Source of the DNA: Spirochaetia bacterium
GTDB lineage: Bacteria > Spirochaetota > Spirochaetia > PWKH01
Direction of reading: 5' to 3'
Assembly: GCA_007116075.1 (NCBI GenBank)
Contig: SKJE01000054.1
Coordinates: 1 to 52,518, forward strand
Length of the DNA: 52,518 bases
Part shown: piece by piece, positions 45,138 through 52,518 of the stretch
Layout of the letters: every line of letters starts with the position of its first letter
How positions within the stretch are numbered: the first letter of the stretch is position 1
Notes under the pieces: model-generated
What the model was told of the DNA's origin: nothing
Database searches by the model: none
What the model saw: only the letters and a program-made list of their open reading frames with translations
Made by a program: the position numbers and the translations under genes

Positions 45138-48100
45138 ATGAGTGAATTCGTCCATCTCCATAACCATACTGAATTCTCCCTGCTTGACGGAGCCGCCCCG
45201 GTAAATAAACTGGTGGAGCGGGCCAAGGAACTGGGTATGAAGCATCTGGCTATTACAGATCACGGCAACATGTTCGGTGTGCTGCGGTTCTATAAGGCCT
45301 GCAGGGCTGCTGAAATTAACCCGATTATCGGCTGCGAATTCTATGTGGCTCCCCAGTCCCGGCTTATCAAGACCGGTACTGAAGGGATCAATACCTACCA
45401 CCACATGGTGCTGCTGGCCAAGAATAAGCAGGGATACAAGAATCTCCTGCTGCTCTCATCCCTGGCCTACACCGAAGGATTCTACTACAAACCCCGGATC
45501 GACGATGAGCTGCTCAGAGAGCATCATGAAGGACTGATCTGCACCAGCGCCTGTCTTGCCGGCGAGATACCCTCCCTGATTCTCCAGCGCAACTATGGGG
45601 CGGCAAAGCAGAAGGCCCTTCAGTATCGGGAACTCTTCGGGGAGGACCACTTTTATCTTGAACTGCAGGATCACGGAATCCCCGAACAGAAAACGGTGAA
45701 TCTCTCCCTTATTGAGCTCTCCCGGGAAACCGGCATTCCCCTCATTGCAGCCAATGATATTCATTATATCAACAGGGAGGATGCATCCGCCCAGGATATC
45801 ATGATCTGTATCGGCACCAACAGGAAGCTTAACGATGAAAAGCGGATGAAGTTCGAAACAGACCAGTTCTACCTGAAGAGCGCCGAGGAGATGGCCCAGA
45901 CCTTCAGCGAAGTTCCCGAAGCCCTAGAGAACACCGTGAAGATTGCCGAGATGTGTAATCTCACCATAGACCTTCCTGGACCGCTGCTGCCGGATTACAC
46001 CATTCCCGAGGAATTCAAGACCCCCGACGACTACCTGCGTCACCTTGCCCATGAGGGGCTCAAGCACCGCTATGAGACAGTCACCGATGAAATCAGCAGG
46101 CGGTGCGACTTCGAACTTGAAGTTATTATCTCCATGGGATTCACCGGCTACTTCCTGATTGTATGGGACTTCATCCGGTGGGCCAGGGAACAGGATATAC
46201 CCGTCGGACCCGGCAGGGGCTCCGGAGCGGGGTCCATCGTTGCCTATTCCCTGACCATCACCGACATAGACCCCCTGAAATATGACCTGCTCTTTGAGCG
46301 GTTTCTCAATCCTGAACGGGTAAGCATGCCTGACTTCGATATCGATTTCTGCTTCGAGCGGCGCCAGGAGGTGATCGACTATGTGAACCGGCGCTACGGC
46401 AGTGACCGGGTCGGCCAGATCATCACCTTCGGCACCCTGAAGGCAAAGGCCGCCATCAGGGATGTGGCCAGAGTGCTTGACATCCCCTACGCCGAGGCGG
46501 ACCAGATCGCCAAACTCATCCCCAAGGATCCCTCCATCACCATAGAGAAAGCTATGGAGCAGGAATCAAAACTCCGGGAACTCTATGGACAGGGAGGTAT
46601 ATACCGGGAACTCATCGATGCCAGCAAAAAGCTGCAGGGACACAGCAGGAATGCCTCCACCCATGCTGCCGGGGTGGTGATTGGGAAGGATATCCTCACC
46701 GAGTACGTGCCGCTCTACCGGGATCCGAAAACCGGGTCGGTATCGACCCAGTTCACCATGGACCAGCTTGAAGAGTGCGGCCTGGTGAAGATGGACTTTC
46801 TCGGTCTGAAGACGCTCACCCTTATCAGGAATACAGAGAAGATGATCCGCAGACAGGGCAAGCCCTTCGACATCAACCACATCCCCGAGGATGATCGGGC
46901 AACCTTCGCCATGCTCTCCGAGGGTAAAAGCGCCTGTGTATTCCAGTTTGAGGGTTCAGGTATGCAGGGGATCCTCAAGGAAGCCAAGCCTGACACTATC
47001 GAGGACCTGATAGCCTTGAATGCCCTCTACCGGCCGGGGCCGATGGCGAATATTCCACAGTTTATTGCATCGAAAAACGGAACTACTTCTATCACCTATC
47101 CCCATCCAGACCTGGAGGAGGTACTCAAGCCCACCTACGGAGTCATTGTCTACCAGGAGCAGGTGATGATGGCCGCCCAGATTATCGGCGGATTTTCCCT
47201 GGGCAGGGCGGATATCCTGCGCCGGGCTATGGGAAAAAAGCAACTCAAGGAGATGGCCCAGATGAAGGAGGAATTCCTTCAGGGTGCGTTGAAGAAGGGA
47301 TACTCAAGGGAGTTTGCTTCCCAGATTTTTGAGATGCTGGAGCCCTTTGCAGGGTACGGATTCAACAAGTCCCATGCTGCGGCATACTCCATCCTGGCAT
47401 ACCAGACCGCCTATCTGAAGGCAAACTACCCGGTTGAGTTCATGGCAGCCAATCTCACCAACGAAATCAACGACCCCGACAAACTGGCCCTCTACATTGC
47501 AGAAACCCAGAGTATGGGCATAGAGGTACTTCCGCCGGACATCAATATATCCGAACAGGACTTCACCGCAAAGGACGGGAGAGTGGTCTATGGGCTCAGG
47601 GGAATCAAGCATGTCGGTACCGGTGTCGTAGAGGCTATCGTTACCGAGCGGGAAGAGCACGGTCCCTATAGTTCCATGGTTGATGTACTCAACCGGCTTG
47701 ATCTGCGCCAGATCAACAGGAAGGTACTGGAGGCCCTGATCCAGTGCGGAGCCTTCGACTCGCTGGGGGAGCACCGGGCGACGCTGCTGCTCAATCTGGA
47801 ACGGGCAACCGAATATGTTGCAAGCAAGAAAGAGGCCGAGCGCTACGGCCAGAGCTCCCTCTTCGATCTTGAAGAGGAGGAATCCCTCGGCAATTTTGAG
47901 ATGCACCAGACTCCGGATTTTGACCTCAAGGAAAAGCTGCAGTTTGAACGGAACCTGCTGGGATTCTACTTTTCCGGTCACCCCATGGATAAGTACCGCC
48001 AGCAGTGGGAGCAGGCTGTCCGGATGGACCTGTCCCAGCCTGATACCCTCTCTGCAAGCAGGCCTGGAAATCTGCTGGCCATGGTGCAGCAGGTCCGCTC

Positions 48101-48560
48101 CATAGTAACCAAGAAGGGTGATCCCATGGCCTTCGTCATTGTCGAGGACTTCCGGGGATCCATTGAGCTGATTTTTTTCCCCAAACTATGGCAGACCTGC
48201 CGCCACCTGGTGGAACCGGAGGCGGTGCTGGGCTTCAAGGGAAAGGTTGACCGCTCTAAGGGAGAAGTGAAGTTTCTCGTGGACGAGGTGGTCCAGCCTG
48301 AGGAGCTGCAGCCTGAAAATGTCACCCAGTTTCATATCAGGTGCAGCCGGGAATTATGCTCCCATGAACTCATAAATAGGATGCGGGAAATCCTGATTGA
48401 CCATCCCGGTCCCTGCAGGGTATATATGCATCTTGCAGATGAAGTGAAAGAAGAAGAGACGGTAATCCGGGCATCAACTCAGCTGCTTGTGGAGTATTCA
48501 GAGGCCCTTACCCAGCTGCTGAAGACCATACCAGCAGTAACTGAAGTCTGGTACGGATAG
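45138..48560 (+). CDS. dnaE: DNA polymerase III subunit alpha
   Basis: 1140 aa with an N-terminal PHP domain (FVHLHNHTEFSLLDG), polymerase core (PDFDIDF), HhH and OB regions. Confidence 0.96.
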   Translation: MSEFVHLHNHTEFSLLDGAAPVNKLVERAKELGMKHLAITDHGNMFGVLRFYKACRAAEINPIIGCEFYVAPQSRLIKTGTEGINTYHHMVLLAKNKQGYKNLLLLSSLAYTEGFYYKPRIDDELLREHHEGLICTSACLAGEIPSLILQRNYGAAKQKALQYRELFGEDHFYLELQDHGIPEQKTVNLSLIELSRETGIPLIAANDIHYINREDASAQDIMICIGTNRKLNDEKRMKFETDQFYLKSAEEMAQTFSEVPEALENTVKIAEMCNLTIDLPGPLLPDYTIPEEFKTPDDYLRHLAHEGLKHRYETVTDEISRRCDFELEVIISMGFTGYFLIVWDFIRWAREQDIPVGPGRGSGAGSIVAYSLTITDIDPLKYDLLFERFLNPERVSMPDFDIDFCFERRQEVIDYVNRRYGSDRVGQIITFGTLKAKAAIRDVARVLDIPYAEADQIAKLIPKDPSITIEKAMEQESKLRELYGQGGIYRELIDASKKLQGHSRNASTHAAGVVIGKDILTEYVPLYRDPKTGSVSTQFTMDQLEECGLVKMDFLGLKTLTLIRNTEKMIRRQGKPFDINHIPEDDRATFAMLSEGKSACVFQFEGSGMQGILKEAKPDTIEDLIALNALYRPGPMANIPQFIASKNGTTSITYPHPDLEEVLKPTYGVIVYQEQVMMAAQIIGGFSLGRADILRRAMGKKQLKEMAQMKEEFLQGALKKGYSREFASQIFEMLEPFAGYGFNKSHAAAYSILAYQTAYLKANYPVEFMAANLTNEINDPDKLALYIAETQSMGIEVLPPDINISEQDFTAKDGRVVYGLRGIKHVGTGVVEAIVTEREEHGPYSSMVDVLNRLDLRQINRKVLEALIQCGAFDSLGEHRATLLLNLERATEYVASKKEAERYGQSSLFDLEEEESLGNFEMHQTPDFDLKEKLQFERNLLGFYFSGHPMDKYRQQWEQAVRMDLSQPDTLSASRPGNLLAMVQQVRSIVTKKGDPMAFVIVEDFRGSIELIFFPKLWQTCRHLVEPEAVLGFKGKVDRSKGEVKFLVDEVVQPEELQPENVTQFHIRCSRELCSHELINRMREILIDHPGPCRVYMHLADEVKEEETVIRASTQLLVEYSEALTQLLKTIPAVTEVWYG

Positions 48561-48577
48561 CCCACCCGAAAAAAATA

Positions 48578-48586
48578 TGGTATACT
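48578..48586 (+). promoter_or_regulatory. extended -10 element upstream of yggT
   Basis: TGgTATACT at 48578-48586, 17 nt upstream of the yggT ATG. There is no clear -35. Confidence 0.3.
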
Positions 48587-48602
48587 CAATCTTGAGAGGT
48601 GA

Positions 48603-49199
48603 ATGATGCAGGCAGCAGCACAGATTATTAGTTTTATTGTTTCCATATACTCATTTCTGATCGTCATCAGAATTCTCTTCACCTGGGTCAGTCTCGGACA
48701 GGATCAGTTCGGCGGATTGTACCAGACCCTCTGTTCCCTCACTGATCCGGTACTCAATATGTTCCGGAATATCAGCTGGATGCGCCGGGGGAGCATCGAC
48801 TTTTCTCCCCTGGCCGCACTGGTCACCCTGGGTATTCTCAACACCATCTTCACGACCCTCGCCCGACAGGGACGTATTACCTTGGGCATTATCCTGGGCA
48901 TCATACTCCAGGGCATCTGGTCTGTGGTCGCCTTTTTCCTGCTGATGTTCATCATTCTGCTTATTGTCCGGCTTATCATGGATTTTTCCGAGTCAGCCTC
49001 GGCATCACAGTACCGGCCGCTGGTGGACTCGTTAACCAGGTGGCCTATCGATCTTGCCCACAGTCTCTTTTTTTCAGGAAAGAGCATCTCCATCCGGCAG
49101 GGAATCTACGGAGGATTGCTGCTGACCATCGGAATGCGCTTTATCGGGGGCATTATCATCAACTGGCTGATCCGGCTGCTCCTGAGCCTGCCTATTTAG
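48603..49199 (+). CDS. yggT: YggT-family integral membrane protein (two-repeat form)
   Basis: 198 aa. The N-terminal IISFIVSIYSFLIVIRILFTWV block is typical of YggT/Ycf19. A second hydrophobic repeat lies in the C-terminal half. Confidence 0.75.
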   Translation: MMQAAAQIISFIVSIYSFLIVIRILFTWVSLGQDQFGGLYQTLCSLTDPVLNMFRNISWMRRGSIDFSPLAALVTLGILNTIFTTLARQGRITLGIILGIILQGIWSVVAFFLLMFIILLIVRLIMDFSESASASQYRPLVDSLTRWPIDLAHSLFFSGKSISIRQGIYGGLLLTIGMRFIGGIIINWLIRLLLSLPI

Positions 49200-49206
49200 T
49201 TGGATC

Positions 49207-51279
49207 ATGTTTCTCAAGGAACTTAACCAGAGTATTACAACCCTGAAGGGAATTGGTGAACGCACCGCCGAGGCCTATGCCAAGCTCGGTATCAGGACAT
49301 GGTCTGACCTGCTCACCCACCTGCCGAGAAGTTATGAGGACAGGACGGTCACCAGGCCCTTTGCCAAGGGATATGACGGTTCTCCTGTGCTGACGGTTAT
49401 GGATGTGGTTGCCCATGAACAGATCAGGTATCGGAAAGGCTTTGCCCTGAAAGTCATTGTAAAAGACGATACCGGACCGGCTGCCCTGCTCTGCTACGGC
49501 AGGAACTTCCTGAAAAGCACCTTGGAAGTGGGAAGGAGATTGTATTTCTACGGCCAGGGGAAACTCCAGTATGGAGAGCTCCAGTTCAGCGCCTTTGAGA
49601 CCGCCCCCTGGGAGGAGGGAGTGCCTCCGCCGGCGGAGTTTTCCCGGATCCTGCCGGTATATCCCCTCACAGAGGGACTTACCCAGAGACGGCTCAGGAG
49701 GGATATTGCAGCACTGCTTCGAAGCAGTGCCCGCCACCTCAGTGAGGAGCTGCCCCAGGATATACGTTCCCGCCATGATCTCATGGGTATCACCCAGGCA
49801 GTCAAACGGATCCATTTCCCCCCTGACCTCAAGGCAATTGAACGTGCCCGGCACACCCTGGTCTTCGGGGAATTTTTCTACCTCAACCTCCTGATACGCC
49901 GACGGGCTCTGAAGCGAAAGGAGGAGCGCAGGAAGACTGTCACCTATCCCAGGGGACTCTATGAACGTCTGAAGCACGCTCTACCCTTCCCCCTCACCGA
50001 GGGACAGCAGAGAACCCTTGGTGAAATCCTGGAGGATCTGGAGGGAGATACCCCTGCGGCCCGGCTGATCCAAGGGGATGTCGGATCCGGAAAGACCCTC
50101 ACCGCCCTGCTTTCTGCTGTCGTGCTGATTGAAGCGGGCAGGCAGGCTGCATTCATGGTGCCCACGGAACTGCTTGCCAGGCAGCACGCAGAGGAGGCAG
50201 CCCGACTCCTGGAACCTTTAGGTATCAATACTGCGCTGCTCCATGGGGGACTGAAACCCTCTGAGCGGAAACTGCTTGTGAAGGCCCTCTCCTCAGGAGA
50301 TATAGACCTGCTCATCGGCACCCATGCCCTCTTCAGCAGGGATGTCTCCTTCCGGGATCTTGGACTGGTGATTATTGATGAACAGCACCGTTTCGGGGTG
50401 CTCCAGCGTGTCGCCCTGAGCAGGAAGGGATCCACCCCGGATATGCTCTATATGACCGCAACACCTATTCCCCGGACACTGACCATGACCGTTTTCGGGG
50501 ACCTGGACGTATCCACCATTGACACAATGCCTCCGGGAAGAAAGCCGGTGATCACCCATCTCGCATCAGAACAGAGCCGCATGCGGGTCTACCAGGCGGT
50601 CCGTCGGGAGCTCGAGCGGGGAAGACAGGCCTATTTTGTGTATCCCCGGATCGGCCAGGGAGTTGAGGAGGCCCTCAAGGATGCCACATCCATGTACCGG
50701 TACCTCACAGAAGAGGTGTATCCCGGCATGCCGGCAGGTCTGGTGCACTCCAAGGTTCCCCAGGATGAGCAGGAGCGGACCATGGCCGCCTTTAAAAAGG
50801 GATCAATCTTATATCTTGTGGCCACCAGCGTCGTTGAAGTCGGAGTCCATGTGCCCCATGCTACCTGTATGGTCATTGAGCACGCAGAACGGTTCGGTCT
50901 TTCAGCCCTGCACCAGCTGCGGGGGCGGGTCGGCAGGGGATCCGACCAGGCTTATGCCTTTTTCATCTACTCCCGGGAGCTGACCGACCAGGGAAAACAG
51001 CGACTGAAGGTCATGAAGGAGACAACCGACGGATTCCGGATAGCCGAAGAGGATTTGAAAATCCGGGGGCCCGGGGATATATCGGGAACCCGGCAGTCCG
51101 GATTCATCCAGCTCACCTTCGGCGATTTGGTAAGGGATCTCAAGGTGCTGCACACGACCCGCAAGGAGGCGGACCGAATCATTGATGAGGATCCTGGACT
51201 GCTCTCGCCGTCGTACTCGATCTGCCGGGAGGTGCTCGAACGATCGGCAGACTTTACTGAAGAGCTTTTTGACGGCTAG
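49207..51279 (+). CDS. recG: ATP-dependent DNA helicase RecG
   Basis: 690 aa with a wedge/OB N-domain, Walker A GDVGSGKT, DEQHRFG, and the QLRGRVGRG motif VI. Confidence 0.95.
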   Translation: MFLKELNQSITTLKGIGERTAEAYAKLGIRTWSDLLTHLPRSYEDRTVTRPFAKGYDGSPVLTVMDVVAHEQIRYRKGFALKVIVKDDTGPAALLCYGRNFLKSTLEVGRRLYFYGQGKLQYGELQFSAFETAPWEEGVPPPAEFSRILPVYPLTEGLTQRRLRRDIAALLRSSARHLSEELPQDIRSRHDLMGITQAVKRIHFPPDLKAIERARHTLVFGEFFYLNLLIRRRALKRKEERRKTVTYPRGLYERLKHALPFPLTEGQQRTLGEILEDLEGDTPAARLIQGDVGSGKTLTALLSAVVLIEAGRQAAFMVPTELLARQHAEEAARLLEPLGINTALLHGGLKPSERKLLVKALSSGDIDLLIGTHALFSRDVSFRDLGLVIIDEQHRFGVLQRVALSRKGSTPDMLYMTATPIPRTLTMTVFGDLDVSTIDTMPPGRKPVITHLASEQSRMRVYQAVRRELERGRQAYFVYPRIGQGVEEALKDATSMYRYLTEEVYPGMPAGLVHSKVPQDEQERTMAAFKKGSILYLVATSVVEVGVHVPHATCMVIEHAERFGLSALHQLRGRVGRGSDQAYAFFIYSRELTDQGKQRLKVMKETTDGFRIAEEDLKIRGPGDISGTRQSGFIQLTFGDLVRDLKVLHTTRKEADRIIDEDPGLLSPSYSICREVLERSADFTEELFDG

Positions 51280-52439
51280 ATCAGTGCACTCATAACCAGC
51301 ACACCGGTCTCAAGCTGTCGGTCATCAAAGTCGAAGGTACTGCTGTGCAGCTTTGGATGATCCTCCCCGATACCCAGCAGCAGCATACATCCCGGCACCC
51401 GCTCAAGATAAAAGGCAAAGTCCTCAGCCACCATGGAATGCTTCTCCAGCCGGATCACCCGCTTCTTGCCCACAGTTTTCTCGGCTGCATCAGCAGCCCG
51501 GGAAGTCTCTTGGGGATGATTGCGCACCGGAAAACGGTACCGTTGATGATAGGTGATGGTGCTGCGGGTACCCCAGTGCTGGTCAACCTGGTCGATCAGG
51601 GAGTACACGGAAGCGCGTATCATGTCCCCGACAGTTTCATCGAGGATACGCACGGTCCCCTTGATCAATACTGACTGGGGAATCACGTTGGTACTTGATC
51701 CTCCCTGGATCCCGCAGGGAGACACCACCGACTGATTCCGGGAGCGCATCTCGCGATGCAGCTCATCAAGGCGGAGCACCAGATCCGCTGCCGCAGGAAG
51801 CGGGTTGAGTCCCTCCGAGGGCACCGCTCCGTGGCAGGAGATGCCCTCCAGGTTTATTTCAAAGGTATGGGCCGCTGCAGTAAGCACGCCCTCCTTGATG
51901 CCGATACTGCCCGCAGGCAGTCCCGGCCAGCTGTGGAATGCATAGACCCGGTCAAGGCCGTCACACACCCCGGCCTCGGTGAGGTCTGCGCCTGCACACA
52001 CCTCCTCCTCCCCGGGCTGGAAGATAAACCGCACCGTCGGGCGCTGCCGGTGATCAACCCGTGAGACCAGGGCTGCGGTGAGGGCGAGGATGGCCATATG
52101 ACCGTCATGACCGCAGGCATGCATCATCCCCGGCACCGTTGATGTATAGGGGAGATCAGTCTGCTCATCCAGCGGCAGGGCGTCCATATCTGAACGGAGG
52201 CCGACAGTCCCATCGAGATCCCCGGGCAGTTCAAAGACCAGATCCGTCCCGATCAGCGGATCAAAAAGATACGCCTGCTCCAGAACCCCCATGTCACCAA
52301 GCCACTTCAGCAGCCGGGAGCGGGTCTGCTCCTCCTTGAGGGCAATTTCAGGATACCGGTGCAGCTCCCTTCTCAGGGCAGTCCCATATTCAAGGAGTTC
52401 GCTGAGCAGACACTGCAGTTCATCTCGGGATATCTTCAT
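51276..52439 (-). CDS. M20D-family amidohydrolase (second copy in the window)
   Basis: LHRYPEIAL, LRSDMDALP and HACGHDGHMAIL blocks. Start is uncertain: ATG at 52439 or 52457, and the ORF is open to the window edge. The stop overlaps the recG stop (CTAG). Confidence 0.8.
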   Translation of the reverse strand: MKISRDELQCLLSELLEYGTALRRELHRYPEIALKEEQTRSRLLKWLGDMGVLEQAYLFDPLIGTDLVFELPGDLDGTVGLRSDMDALPLDEQTDLPYTSTVPGMMHACGHDGHMAILALTAALVSRVDHRQRPTVRFIFQPGEEEVCAGADLTEAGVCDGLDRVYAFHSWPGLPAGSIGIKEGVLTAAAHTFEINLEGISCHGAVPSEGLNPLPAAADLVLRLDELHREMRSRNQSVVSPCGIQGGSSTNVIPQSVLIKGTVRILDETVGDMIRASVYSLIDQVDQHWGTRSTITYHQRYRFPVRNHPQETSRAADAAEKTVGKKRVIRLEKHSMVAEDFAFYLERVPGCMLLLGIGEDHPKLHSSTFDFDDRQLETGVLVMSALI

Positions 52440-52518
52440 GGCCGTTGATACTATCATAAACCCAGGCAAGATAAAACTGCACAGATTGATTTCCTCGACG
52501 CTTAAGGGTATGGTCACT

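Overview
52.5-kb bacterial chromosomal window, densely coding, with about 45 protein genes. I found no rRNA, tRNA, CRISPR array, transposase or integrase. Gene content (solitary groEL, yajC-secD-secF, a roughly 640-aa acyl-CoA ligase, a PFK with the GGDG/PKTIDND signature) resembles a free-living, probably anaerobic and halotolerant spirochaete-like organism. That is a guess and cannot be verified here.

Layout:
(1) 1-3633 (+): partial Zn-ADH, an aldo/keto reductase and an acyl-CoA ligase.
(2) 3696-18883 (-): a tightly packed 14-gene train. It reads as a non-canonical (hydroxy)ectoine-type compatible-solute catabolic operon. In transcription order it encodes an IclR regulator, a class-III (DABA-type) aminotransferase, Asd, an M20 amidohydrolase, a DctPQM TRAP importer, an EutA-like racemase-fold protein, an M24 hydrolase, an EutB-like dehydratase, an EutC-like cyclodeaminase-fold reductase, a second M24 hydrolase, aspartokinase and a D-2-hydroxyacid dehydrogenase.
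(3) 19070-22051 (-): an OpuA-type glycine-betaine ABC importer with a roughly 150-nt structured leader.
(4) 22396-36335: housekeeping genes (PH-domain protein, Asp racemase, HAD-IIA phosphatase, ispH, O-methyltransferase, secF/secD/yajC, two unknowns, groEL, HD hydrolase, birA, argR, pgi).
(5) 36574-41672 (-): pfk, a stand-alone ModE-like wHTH, a class-I aminotransferase and ligA.
(6) 41745-45077 (+): a three-subunit xanthine-dehydrogenase-family module. Its FeS and FAD subunits look intact, but its molybdopterin subunit appears to have lost the canonical Moco and catalytic motifs.
(7) 45138-52518: dnaE, yggT, recG and a second M20 amidohydrolase.

Most interesting:
- The ectoine-type cluster has phosphorylating Asd plus aspartokinase where the aerobic Doe pathway uses an aldehyde dehydrogenase. 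This suggests an ATP-conserving route from aspartate semialdehyde to aspartate.
- The xanthine-dehydrogenase-like complex looks catalytically degenerate.
- The opuA leader is structured and matches no riboswitch I recognise.

All homology calls come from reading the translated ORFs and motifs by eye. No searches were run.
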